This document shows positions 1 to 13,835 of a DNA stretch of 64,000 bases, piece after piece; positions within the stretch are counted from its first letter, which is position 1; each line of letters starts with the position of its first letter. This DNA comes from Octopus vulgaris. Taxonomy: Eukaryota. Below the pieces are notes generated by a model. It was not told the DNA's origin, did no database searches, and saw only the letters and a program-made list of their open reading frames with translations. Position numbers and translations under genes: made by a program. The stretch is from positions 64,480,001-64,544,000 of the forward strand of contig OX597816.1 in assembly GCA_951406725.2 (NCBI GenBank), given 5' to 3'.

Positions 1-708
1 GTCATGCCAACTAAGATTGTATATTGCTAAGTTTCCATAAAAAATACGAAAAAATATGGAATTCATAGCGACTGCATAATACCAAGGCGGGAACTATTCC
101 AACATCATGAAACTACAATGTCACATATAATAATTGATGCGTTTTTTTATGGTTCATACGGTTTTTTTTTATTAATATTAAATCTTAAATTTCAAGATAA
201 GAAAGTATCAATTACAAAGTGAATTCTTTTTCTGGCGTATGTCTCCTTTCAGGAAGACTGATTAAATATATTATTCCATTAACGCAGTTAATATTCCTCA
301 TACCATGTCATGTTTCCAATACATAATATTACAAAACGGAATTTGCACTTATCTGTAGATTAAATAAATATCACATCTAGCTTTTATGAGGTAATGCTGA
401 TCAATCAAATACGAGGGTGTAGTGAAAGTTCCTGGCTTTAACGGTACTAGCAAATCTACCCATCTACGATAGAGGCATAAATTGAGGGTGGGAGGTCATG
501 ACAGCAGTCTGTATTGAGAAATGTGTAGATGGACATGAAAAATTACTGGGTGATTTCTTAAAGAACTCACATTGTTGGTGATACAGCATTCTATTGCAGT
601 TATAAGACGTGTCTGCGACAAAGTGACATATGATGATTCACTCCCAAACTGAAATAGGCTCCCAGCCTCTGTATCATGAAAGGTTATTTTTGCAGATTTA
701 TTAATAAT

Positions 709-891
709 TACTTGTTTCAGTCCTCTGACTGCGGCCATGCTGCAGCACCGCCTTTAGTGGAGCAAATCGACCCCAGGACTTATTCTTTGTAAGCCTAGTA
801 CTTATTCTATCGGTCTCTTTTGCCGAACCGCTAAGTTACGGGGATGTAGACACACCACCATCGGTTGTTGGGGGGAAAAACACAGACACTG

Positions 892-964
<73 letters not shown>

Positions 965-1134
965 CATACATATATACGATGGGCTTCTTTCAGTTTCCGT
1001 CTACCAAACCCACTCACAAGGCCTTGGTCGGCCCGAGGCTATAGAAGAAGATACTTGCCCAAGGTACCACGCAGTGGGACTGAACACAGAACCATGCTGT
1101 TGGTAAACAAGCTAATTACCAAACAGCCACTCCT

Positions 1135-1138
<4 letters not shown>
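709..1138 (-). mobile_element. tRNA-derived SINE family A (CORE-like, internal microsatellite)
   Basis: A/B-box-like head (gagtggctgtttggtaa..gttcagtccc) and ccttgggcaag core. Multiple copies in the window. Confidence 0.85.
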
Positions 1139-1189
<51 letters not shown>

Positions 1190-1220
1190 ATCCAAACATG
1201 AAAACACCAAGAGAAAGCAA

Positions 1221-1268
<48 letters not shown>

Positions 1269-1403
1269 GTTAAAAAAACACAAACTGGGACAAGAACGTG
1301 AAACATTTTGAAGACGACAAAAAAACAACACAGACGGGACTTTCGAAGCTCTCAGTCATCAGTCAAGAACCAGATCATCTTCGCAATTTCGGCTGATTAA
1401 TCT

Positions 1404-1446
<43 letters not shown>

Positions 1447-1454
1447 TACATACA

Positions 1455-1531
<77 letters not shown>

Positions 1532-1740
1532 AAATGGAATATTAGAATATTTAACGGTGAACAATCGACCAGTATAACAAAACAGCAAGAGGACAGATGG
1601 AATTTATTAGTTTAGAACTCATGAACATATAGATCCGAGACAAATAGCAATACCACCAGGTATTTTGTACAACTCACTGGCGATTATCCCCTGTTCGCTG
1701 CAATGTTCCTGCTGCTACTGCAGCTACGGATACTATTGCA

Positions 1741-1782
<42 letters not shown>

Positions 1783-1902
1783 GCCACCACCACCACCACC
1801 ACCATAACTAAAAGTAATAACAACAGCAACATCAACAACAACAAAAACAACAACAACATCAATGATAATAATAATAATAATAAAAATAATAATAATAAAA
1901 AA

Positions 1903-2470
1903 ATGCCCTGATGCAGTACCAGACAGTGACTCTCATGGCTTCTGATCTTAACTGATTGGAAGTGTTATCATGTACATTGTTTTGTCTTGGTATAAAAGAT
2001 GGGCTACAGCAAATATTCTGCTCAGTACCACAGATTTGCTTGTTAGTTGTTTGACCTTAACCAGGTGAGCATGTCTCTTACTGGCTGACGATATATGCAT
2101 TTCTGATCACAAGCAGAAGTAGTGGGGGAGCATCATAGCCATGTGTTGAGAGGGATTCTTTGGGGTTTGAATAATTCACCTCTGGAAACATAGGTGTTTC
2201 GTTCAACATCTTCAAACAATTCTTATTCAGGGACCTTTTGAACGGGATGGGCTACTCGATCAGAAGTAAATTCTAACTGGGTACCACCTGCAAGGTCATG
2301 CGCTGTTTATCTTGATATGAAATCACCATGTCGCGCACATTTGGTTGTGATGCATGTGCCTGGTGTACCCTTATCTGACGGGTAGTCATGATGGGTATAC
2401 TGGGCTTCGTATGTTTTACCCCAGTGTCACTTTGATGGCATGCACTGCTCTCTCACTCAATAATAATAAT
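1903..2470 (+). mobile_element. Probable non-LTR retrotransposon 3' UTR inserted in (AAT)n
   Basis: Higher-GC 560-bp block bounded by (AAT)n on both sides and ending ctctctcactc(aat)n. No second copy in the window. Confidence 0.4.
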
Positions 2471-2499
2471 AATGATGATGATGATGATGATGATGGCGA

Positions 2500-2707
2500 T
2501 TTCTAATTTTTGCCACTAGGGCAGCTTAGGGGATGTGTGTAAGTCTATTACATCGACCACAGTGTTTCACTGATACTTAATTTATCGACCCCGGAAAAGA
2601 TGAAAGGCAAGCTCGACCACGGCGGAATTTGAACTTAGAAAAGAGCAACGGGCGATATACCGTCAAGCATTTTTTCCAGCGCTTTAACGATTCTGCCAGC
2701 TTGTCGC
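2500..2707 (-). mobile_element. SINE family B (central motif ctttcatcctttcggggtcgataaattaagtacc)
   Basis: Shared with 11058, 34700, 42797 and 54000; B-box-like gagttcaaattcc. Confidence 0.75.
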
Positions 2708-3120
<413 letters not shown>

Positions 3121-3764
3121 GCGGAGTTTGTGAGAGTGTTGGCGGTAAATGATAAGAACAAGAAAAAAGATATAATGAAATAAAAAGAAAAGGAAGAACA
3201 AATAATCAACGAACGATGTTATTTGTTTATTCTTTTTCTTTCCGTCTTCTTCCTCGACTAACATAGTATGTTGACTTTTCTCAGTCATAAAAACCATAGC
3301 TATCTTTTTGTTACTCTATTTCAAGATTAATTACTCGTATTGAGGTGAAAGCTATATTCTTAGTTGGAACTTGCTGGCTTCTTCTCACGGCTATCGGATT
3401 TCAAATGTTCTTGAACTTGATGCTGTTGCCCTGCTGAGGCATTTTAACATATATGCATATATATGTATGTACGTATGTATGTATGTGTGTATGTATATAC
3501 ATATGTATATGTGTGTCTTAGCGTGCGTGCGTGCGTGCGTAAATAGAAACATATGCAAACAAACCCTAAAAAAATGAAAACTTTGTACGCGTTTATTCTC
3601 GGTTGGATTGATTATATAATGAAATGTACACTACTTATGTATAATCATATGAATACGCTGGTATGAATGCGTGTATGTGTGTATGTGTATACATATATAC
3701 ACTGGCACATCACACATACGTATATATATATATGTACATATATCTATATGTACATATGCCTATA

Positions 3765-3803
<39 letters not shown>

Positions 3804-3908
3804 GTATATATATATGCGTATATATGTATGCATGTATATAAATATATATATATGTATGTATATATATATATATAGATATATATGTAAGTATGTATATATG
3901 TATATATG

Positions 3909-3968
<60 letters not shown>

Positions 3969-4871
3969 CACGCAAACACGCGCGAGTGCTTCTGTTTATG
4001 TCAGTTAATTGTAGCTGTATGTATCAATTTGTCTGTATGTTTATGTTCATGTGAGCGTGTATGTTTATGTGGGTGCGTGAGTGAAAGCGTGTGTGCGTTT
4101 ATTTGTGTGAGTGAGTGAGTGAGAGTGTGTGTGTGTATTAGTGTGCGCGCACGTGTTTGCGAGTGTGTTTGCGTATATGTGTGTGAGCTGATAAAAGGGA
4201 TTTTGACAGGTTTTGCAGAAATGAAGAGGAATATTTATTTTGCAGTATCTTCTGAGTCGCTTCACAAAAATGTGTTTGAAATCCCACCAGGAGCGAGTTA
4301 GCTCTTTTTCCTCCACTCACCCTCTTCTATTAAAAAGATTACCGAAAAGATAGTTTCGCTTGCCCCTCACCCTTTTGTAACTTACCAAGTTTGTTTACGT
4401 GCTGAAACGGAAAAAAATCATTAACTGATTATAATTAAAAATAAATACAACGCGTAATAGAAATTGCCGTTCACGTTTTGGTTTTTCGTGTTGAGCTAGT
4501 ACTGTAAATAATAGACGGGGAAAGAACTGTGACTGCTATCACGAGTTCTCTTGTGGTCATTCCGAATACAGTATTATTAATTAGGTCCATAAAGTGAAGT
4601 GATCATTGTTTTCATATGCCCTCCAGTTAGTGTGAGTTTCATGACCTAGGTCTGGATTTTTCGAACTTTTGCCCAGCGCACTTGTCATTCATGTCCAGTA
4701 GCTTGGGCGTACCACTTCGGATGAATATGTTCTAAAAATGTTTGAAAGCCATAAATCATACAACAGCAGTAACCATTTTTGACTCTATAAGTCAATGTCT
4801 AAGTTATATTTAGTTGTATAATGAGTAAAATCATTGCCGAAAATTAAGGCGGTTCTAAGTTTAGTAGAAGG

Positions 4872-5108
4872 GTTCTAGAAAAGTATGCCGCAAACATTTT
4901 TGCCGTGGGAAGATTCGCCTCTGGATTTTTAGCCGTAAGAAAGTTCGACGAACAGGAAATTTTGCAGCGAGACAAAAACAGTATTGCTCCCCTTAGTACA
5001 AAATTGTTTCACCCAATAAGAAGGTGTAAAGCAATTTCTTAGCTTATATAAAATTTCTTTATTCACTCGAGAATATTTTCTTGTGACAAACATTCCGGAT
5101 ACTATATA

Positions 5109-5184
<76 letters not shown>

Positions 5185-5190
5185 TGTATG

Positions 5191-5259
<69 letters not shown>

Positions 5260-5525
5260 AGAGCTAATCAACGGCAGCATTCGTCCTATTTTTCTGGACT
5301 GCCATGTTAGTTTGGCGATAACTATTAATATCCAGTACCGCTGCCGTAGTCTCCTTTAGAGAGACTTAGAAATATTAATATTTCTATTTTGGAAAACGAG
5401 TTGATTTATTCCACTGAATTTAGGTAAATAAACCTTCGAACAGATGCAGCGTACTTTTTTAAGGCCAAAAATCCTGAGTCGAATCTTTCCGGGGCAAAAA
5501 TTATTGCGGTAATATTACCGGATAC
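4872..5525. mobile_element. Old TIR element with nested insertions
   Basis: gccgcaaacatttttgccgtgggaagattcgcctctggatttttagccg (4888-4936) is an imperfect inverted match of 5461-5510. Confidence 0.5.
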
Positions 5526-5559
5526 GCAGTAAAAGCCAGGCTGCTGCACTGCAAATGAC

Positions 5560-6850
5560 TAAATTTTGAAATTATTTCTGCAGTGAGTGAATCTTTGCTT
5601 ATTTTCTGGTTCACGGGATTTATCCATTCCTCATATTTTCCAGTCAGACTACGAATTGGTAGTATACACTAACGAAACTTTCCTTGGTCACACTCGATCT
5701 GAGAATCTCAATTTATCTACTACTATTGCTACACGAAGCACTTTCTTGTGTTCTGTTATGAAGACGTCAAAGATACAGTGATGTAAAACCTACGCTTCAG
5801 GAATGAACTTGTTCATCATACTTAGAACATATTCAAAGACTACTAAATACCTTTTATATTCAACTAACTGCGCCTAGGAAGCTTTACTGCACTTCAGATC
5901 ATAATAATGTTCGCAATTCGTTATAGAAAGCAGAGTCTCAATGCAATCACTCGAGACAGAAGCAAGAGCAGTACAATGTTCCTCAGATTGTACACTATTA
6001 AATTACGAAAATGAACATGTAATGTTATTCCTGAACAATAAAAAATCGATGAACATAATTGATCTTAGATTTTTCTATCAGTGTTTATGTGCGATTAGAC
6101 TACAACAGCAACAACATAAAACGCAAAAATTATGATAGCCCACGGCAAAAGAAAAAGGAACCCTATTCTTGATTTATATATATGTATCGTGCAACAGGCT
6201 ACAAAATATAATGCAAGACTATTCGCCGCCCCTATACGTCAACAGAACATCAACTTCCCACTAATGTTCTCGCTGTCTCTATCGCGTACACAAGCTGAAA
6301 GATTTTGTCTAAGAGATACAGCTGTCTCGAAATTCCTGACTTCTAAAAGTTTATCATGCAAACATCGAAAAATAACCAATATCGAAATCTTCTATTTAGT
6401 TTCATCAGGTTTTGGCAACTTCAAATGCCTTGTGGGTTATAGAGAACCATTTTCTGATTGCAATATTATATTAAAAAAACGCTTGTCTAGCGTCATAGTG
6501 GTCACACTATCTTTGATAACACCACTTTTATATGTTACGTTTACGTCAACACTTAGGTATTTGTAGCACTCGTGTGGGGGTAAAGAAAGCATTGACGTTA
6601 AAACTTGTACTCCGGGAAACACTTTTCCCCATTCAAATATTAAATGAAAACATTTCTTTTGGCCAAATTCCATTTCCATATCTGCAGGCATCCTACTGGT
6701 TCTCAACATCATAAATAGTTCTGGAATACCTCTTTGAATTACCTGGTGCCATTTGTCGTAGAACGTAGAACAAAGCCATTGCATTTTGGTAAAAGAGATA
6801 ACTGGATTTAATGCCAAAATAAACAGAAGAGCAGACATATTGCCTCTTTG
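5560..6850 (-). pseudogene. Decayed RLE-type (R4/Dong-like) LINE, RT to C-terminus
   Basis: ORF 6437-6838 has DMEMEFGQKKC and ECYKYLSVDVNVTY (compare DIGMxFGxxKC, YKYLG). Left boundary approximate. Confidence 0.6.
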
Positions 6851-6906
6851 GAATATTCCTTTTGAAATATTAATAACATCAGAGACAATCGTTCCGCTTT
6901 CAGAAG

Positions 6907-8942
6907 TGAGTAGATTGTTAACCAGGTCCTGTGAGACATTCAGTGACCGAAGCTAAGTGCTGTGTGAGTAAAAATAAAATCCTTTTCTGTAACCTAGTCA
7001 TACTGACACAAGATTTTGTGTTTTCTTACTTCAGACAGTACAGCATAATTTTTTTTTTATAAAGGTTGTTTCTTCGGCACATATCTAGAGTCACTTCTTT
7101 TCACCTACCAAGTCATCAGTCACTGTTATAGAACTTCAAAGCTTTGAAAGAATCTGGTTCAGGTAGCTGAACTTAAGATAATTTAGGTAAAGTTTCTATA
7201 TACAGCATGAATTGGCCTTTTGACACACACGCACACACATACATAGATAAATACATAGATACATACCAGGTTTTATCATTTAAATATATATGATCATGTC
7301 TTGATATGCAATTGTATGCATGAGAATACATACATAAAATATACAAATCTGCAAATAGACATACATACGTAGAGATATACATACATACATGCATACATAC
7401 ATACATATATACATACATACATACATACATACATACAAAAATACCGTGTTGTTGATCTTGAAATTGTAATGGATCTACGTTAGAAACCGGCTCTCTCTGT
7501 ATTGGCAAGGAATCCTGAAATAAAATCGAATGACATACATATATACATACATACGTACATAGGTACATACGTACATACGGACGTACGTACATACATACAT
7601 ACATACATGCATACATACATACAAAAATACTGTGTTGTTGATGTTGAAATTGCAATGGATCTACGTTGGAAAACGGCTCTCTCAGTATTGGCAACGAATC
7701 CTGAAATAAAACCGAATGACATACATATATACATACATACATACATACATACATACATACATACATACATACATACATACATACATACATACGTACGTAC
7801 ATAGGTACATACGTACATACGGACGTACGTACGTACATACATACATACATACATACATACATACATACATACATACATACATACATACATACATACATAC
7901 ATACATACATACATACATGCATAAATGTTTCCACGTATACACACATAAATACTTACGTGTCTCTTTGCAAAGCAGATAACAATGGGCAGCTACTTCGAAA
8001 TCTTCTAAGTTTGTCAAGATCGTATGTAGAAGGGAAACTTAGTTTAGCTGAGTCTTCATAAGGATAGCCTCATAATGCCCTTTCTATTGAACCATAACAC
8101 ACGTCAGTGGCATTATGCACTCATTACTCTTTGGTTAGAAATAAACTGAAATGATTCAAACAGGGTCCGGCAATACGTATGTAACAAGAATAACACACCA
8201 ATGAAACTGGAGAACAAACAGAACTGAACGCAATGTAGAAGTAGATATTAGAGAATGTTTCATCTCTAACGATGCGGTAAATAAGTCTATTTATCTTCTT
8301 TACTCTATACGCTGTCCCAAAACGAATAACGTAGAGATTAGTTAGCTAGTACCTTTAAAACGTACTTTTCTTGTTCAGATAAGGGTAGTCGTGCTTAAAT
8401 TATCAATCCAATTAACAAAAATCAGTTTAACCATGGCTATCTAGGAAGGTGTATATCTAGATGATTTCATGCGCCCCTCCTGGATTTAGACAGTAGGGTC
8501 TAATTTGAAATATAACTGATAACCTGTTCTGGTGGGTCGCGATATTGCGTTGAAGCACTCTCTCATTGCTTGTGAAGTAGTTCTGTTTTTTGGGGGTTTT
8601 TTTTCCCACCTCAATTACAGTTTCCTGATTGTGGAAGCTTCACAGAAAGCTAGAACCGTACATGTTTCATGTCACTGTAATTAAATTCCATTCTGATGTT
8701 CCCAAATATTAGTATTAGTAGCAGCATAAAATCAAATTCGAAAATTCCATTCCATAGCTTATAAACGGAATCGTGACCGAGTCGCAACGAATTGTAAGAA
8801 TGAGTAGATTGTTAACCAGGTCCTGTGAGACATTCAGTGACCAAAGCTAAGAGCGGTGAGAGTAAAAATAAAATCATTTTCTGTAACCAAGTCATACTGA
8901 CACACGATTTTGTGTTTTCTTACTTCAGACAGTACAGCATAA
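6907..8942 (+). repeat. ~142-bp direct repeat pair (6907-7048 and 8801-8942)
   Basis: tgagtagattgttaaccaggtcctgtgagacattcagtgacc..tacttcagacagtacagcataa occurs twice with a few substitutions. Confidence 0.9.
7262..7925 (+). mobile_element. 3' UTR of the same RLE-LINE with tandemly duplicated terminal module and (CATA)n tail
   Basis: ttatcatttaaatatata..tgcatgagaatacatacat and gttgaaatt..ggatct..gaaaccgg..attggcaag match 16350-16660. The module repeats at ~7435 and ~7620. Confidence 0.7.
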
Positions 8943-9011
8943 ATTTTATAAAGCTTCTAGTTACTAAATCTTTTCTTTTATTCTCTCTCTCTGTCTCTCT
9001 CTCTGCCTCTG

Positions 9012-9058
<47 letters not shown>

Positions 9059-9194
9059 ATTTACTCGTGTTCCTTTCTTTTGATGAGCGTAGGCTCGAAA
9101 CTTAAAATTCTTTCTCACCTTCTCGAACGTTAAACTAATATACCTGCTTGTTGTTTACACACCTGCCTTCGTCTTTTTTGTAATTTTTTGTAAA

Positions 9195-9245
<51 letters not shown>

Positions 9246-9258
9246 CATACATAATACA

Positions 9259-9293
<35 letters not shown>

Positions 9294-9814
9294 TTGCATG
9301 TATGTATGCTTGTATATATGTATATATGTGTGTATGTAAGTATGTATGTATGTAAGTATGTATGTATGTATGTATGTATGTATGTATGTATGTATGTATG
9401 TATGTATCTATGTATGTATATATGCATGTATGATGTATGTATGTATATATGTAGGTATGTAGGTATGCATGAATGTATGTATGTGTTCCATTCAATAAGT
9501 TAAGGACAGAATTTTGATTGGGTCGCAAAGAATTGAAGGAATGTATATGAATATATAAATGAATAAATAAATATATATATATATATATATTATACTACAT
9601 ATGTGTGCGTGTGCCTATGCATGTAATATGTATCGATAGCCGATATGTATATCCACTCTTTTCCTGCAAACTATGTGACTACTCTCCAGACGTAGCTGTA
9701 TATACGTATATATTAAGCTATCTCTTAGGAGTGGAACATAGTTTCTAGGTAAATATTCGATTGATAGATTTTTGCGAAGCAGATATCTTGTATTTTGTTT
9801 AGATACTTTCCTTA

Positions 9815-10230
9815 ACTCTTTTACTCTTTTACTTGTTTCAGTCATTTGTCTGTGACCATGCTGGAGTACCGCCTTTAGTCGATCAAATCGACCGCAGGAC
9901 TTATTCTTTGTAAGCCTAGTACTTATTCTAAACCTCTTTTCCCGAACCGCTAAGTCACGGGAACGTAAACACACCAGCATCTGTTGTCAAGCGATGTTGG
10001 GGAATAAACACAGACACACAAACATACACACACACACTTACATATATATATATATGTACATATATATACGACGGGATTCTTTCAGTTTCCTCCTACCAAA
10101 TCCACTCACAAGTCTCTGGTCGGCCCCAGTCTATAGTAGAAAACACTTGCTCAAGGTGCCATGTAGTGGGAGTGAACCCGGAACCATATGGTTGGTAAAC
10201 AAGCTTCTTACTACACATCCACTCTTACCC
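9815..10230 (-). mobile_element. SINE family A
   Basis: Colinear with 709-1138. Confidence 0.85.
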
Positions 10231-11057
10231 TTTAAAGTAAATATTTCTTCATTTGTCGATGACATATTCGGTTAAAAATGCTTTGTTGATTCAGGTGGTT
10301 TTTATAACGGGAATTTCCTTGCTCCAAATTCTCAAGTTTTTCTTTACTAGTTTTTTTTTTACTGTCAACATTGTGAAGTCCTGATGACATATACGTTACA
10401 CATTTTTCTCGTAAAATATCAGTACTCTACTTCATTGCAGATTACCTACTTCTCCTCAACTCAGTCTATTATTGTTCTTTAGCTCCACCTAACCTTGAAA
10501 AAGGCGACATATGCTTAAAAACCGTTTCAGTGATATTGTATCTAGGATTAGATTATGCCGTCTGTTCTACATTTTAAAAACGGCAGGGCGTGATTCGAGT
10601 GAGATTGGCTGCTAGCTGCAGTGTATCATATTCTCAAGTAGAAACTTGCTCACTGAGTCATTGTCTAATTTTGTTTCCCGCCTGAGGGATAAATAAGATT
10701 ACATCATTGTATACAGTGTCACAGGTATAGTGAGAGTATATTTTTAAATATGTATTGCATACAAAATATGGTCATGCATTTGTTTTCCAATAGCTTCTAT
10801 AACATTGAATGTATTGGCATGTCGACGCATCTTTTTCTTGGTGCTTCCCTTGCACACACAACACAAAACTTTCTGCTCTGGTATGGACACTTTGTTAACA
10901 CTCGTTACAAATTCAGGTTTCGGCTACTTCTGAATCGTTTGTAATAGGGAAGATGTTTGAAATACTCGGTTGTTTTTCTTGCTGTTTATCCCAAAATCAA
11001 GAAAGCTCATTCATTATCAAAGATGTTTTACCAATGACATTCTTCTCTTCGATTTCT

Positions 11058-11476
11058 TGTTTCTTTACTGCCCACAAGGGGCTACACACAGAGGGGGACA
11101 AGCAAGGACAAACAAACGGATTCAGTTGATTACATCGATCCCAGTGCGTAAATGGTACTTAATTTATCGACCCCGAAATGATGAAAGGCAAAGTCGACCT
11201 CGGCCGAATTTGAACCCAGAACGTAGCGGCAGACGAAATACCTATTTCTTTACTGCCCACAAGAGGCTAAACACAGAGAGGACAAACAAGGACAGACAAA
11301 CGGATTAAATCGATTATATCGACTCCAGTGCGTAACTGGTACTTATTTAATCGATCCCGAAAGGATGAAAGGCAAAGTCAACCTCGGCGGAATTTGAACT
11401 CAGAACGTAACGCCAGACCAAAAACCGCTAAGCATTTCGCCCGGTGTGCTTACTATTTCTGCCAGCTCGCCGCCTT
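11058..11476 (-). mobile_element. SINE family B with tandem duplication of its 3' part
   Basis: Two successive copies of ttctttactgcccacaag..gaatttgaac..agaacgta. A further decayed copy follows at ~11520-11715. Confidence 0.85.
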
Positions 11477-12504
11477 CTCTTCGTTTTCTTCAGGAAAAAA
11501 AACTGTTACATGTATACATTGATTTCAAATTTTGGTACTAGGCCAACTATTTCAGGAAGAGGATAAATCGATTGCATGACCCCGTGATCAACTGGTACTT
11601 ATTTTATCGAGATCCCATAGGACGAAACGCAAATATCGATGCCGAACGTAAAGTTGGACGATACTCTACTGAGCATTTTGTCAGGCGCGGTGACGATTCT
11701 AATATCTTCCCTCCTTATAAGACACGTATATATTGCTGTACCAAGGAGGGAAGAACTGTGTCCCTATGCATTGCAGATCTTCTAATAACAGAGGGCAAAT
11801 AATGAATTGTGTTATTTAAAGACATTTTGGCTTGGTATAGGGAGATTTGGCTACTATTTCTGGAATTAAAACTAACCACGTAGAAGTGACTTCGTTTGTT
11901 CATTTGAGAACAGTGACAAGTTATTTGTTTCTGCTTGCAGTCATTATGTGGATAGAAGTGAATACTCACGATCTTGACACAGCTGGAATAAATTAAGCTA
12001 ATAAGCTTTCAACTGAAAAGAAACGAGGAAACATGTGGCGCTCCGGAGCTCAAGGAGTTGACGACATGACAACGTCACAATTGAGCTGCATCTATGAAAA
12101 CCATGTTCGTGGTGAGGAGGAATTCCTTTGAATTCTCACAGATAAATTTATGATGTTGCATTAGCGGGTTACAAATCACACATGCGCGCATACACACACA
12201 TACAAACACACACATATGTACACATACACACATACACATATACACACATAGAGATATATGTAGATACATATATCTCTATGTGTGTGTGTGTGTGAAAGAG
12301 CGAGAGAGAGAGAGAAAGAGAAAGGGGGAGAGATGTGTATAAAGGAGAGAAAAATCTGTTTACGTGCGTAAACTGAACAAAGGCGACATAATTATATTGA
12401 GAAATAATAAAAAAAAAACAATCTCTGACAGATTTGTAAACCTGAACTTAGTAAGATGACAGTAGTATTGTGTGTGTATGTGTGTGTGTGTGAGTTTATA
12501 AATG

Positions 12505-12542
<38 letters not shown>

Positions 12543-12620
12543 CGGCCGCGGTCTACGAACTTAAACGAATAACAAATTAAATATATACATAAAATATACA
12601 TATACAATATACGGGCGTGC

Positions 12621-12654
<34 letters not shown>

Positions 12655-12657
12655 GCA

Positions 12658-12697
<40 letters not shown>

Positions 12698-12788
12698 ATA
12701 TATATATATAAATATATATGTATATATATATATATATACATATATATTTATATATATATATAAATTATATATATATATATATATATAT

Positions 12789-12839
<51 letters not shown>

Positions 12840-12964
12840 GCACGCCCGTATATATATATATATATATATATGTATATGTATCTATGTATCTATGTATCTA
12901 TGTAAACATATATACATTTACATAGACACACACAGACACACACTTATTTATGTAATATAATGTA

Positions 12965-13313
12965 AATGCAAGAGGGCTCCTTCGGTCATGAAGGACTATT
13001 GTATTACACCAAGAAAGTTCCCCTCCGAGGCACAAGTCCTGGCAAGATTGTTTATTGAGGGCCGTCATTTCGTACCACCCTAACCCTCCCCTCCCCTCCC
13101 CTCTACGTGCCACTGATTTTATTTAAGGGAAAGGCAAAGGCCGTTACACCTTGACACAAATGACGTCACAACTTATTTCTACAGTTGAGTGAACTGGAGC
13201 AACGTGAAATAAAGTGTCTTGCTCAAGAACACAATACACTGCTCAGTCCAGGATTCGAACTCACAACTATATGATTGTCAGCCCGACGTTCTAACCACTA
13301 ACTCATGTGCCTT
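12965..13313 (-). mobile_element. tRNA-derived SINE family C
   Basis: Minus-strand head ..agtggttagaacgtcggg..gagttcgaatcc, then gtgttcttgagcaagacactttatttcacgttgctccagttcactca. Confidence 0.75.
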
Positions 13314-13500
13314 CGAAGAAACATATAAAATATAGCAGTGTTGTAGGGTGGCAGTCTAATTTGGAGGTAATGATAAATGCCTTAGTCACCGTCCGAGTCG
13401 TTTTGTTCAGATTTCTGAACAAGGACAGTCAACATCGACCAACCACAGGCAGCCGAAGAAAATATATTTTATTATATTATAATACATTATATTATCTTAG

Positions 13501-13835
13501 TGAAAGTGTGTGGTTCAGTAGTTAGAGTGTCAGCCTTAAAGTCAGGAGGTTATGAGTTCGATTCACGGATTGGACTGCGTGTTGTGTTATTGAGCAGAAC
13601 ACTTTATTTCACGTTGCACCAATTCACTCAGCTCTACAAATCAGTTACGCGTCACTGGTGTCAAGTTGTGTCGACCTTTGCCTTGCACATGGATAACATT
13701 GGTGGCGTGGAGAGTGCAGGATGGTATTCATGGGCGACTAATGGTCTCGCATAAACAAACTTTCCCGGATTTATGACTCGGAGTGTATCTTTCTAGATGC
13801 ATTCCCATTGCATTCATGACCAAAGGGAATCTTTT
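13501..13835 (+). mobile_element. SINE family C, head-to-head with the previous copy
   Basis: tggttcagtagttagag..gagttcgattc..gagcagaacactttatttcacgttgcaccaattcactcag. Confidence 0.75.

Noticed and set aside
1330-1406. Minus-strand CTGATGA..GAAA
   Set aside because: Convincing stems I-III could not be formed; at most a relic.
12965-13835. Large inverted repeat as a single TIR element
   Set aside because: Explained by two diverged SINE family C copies in head-to-head orientation.
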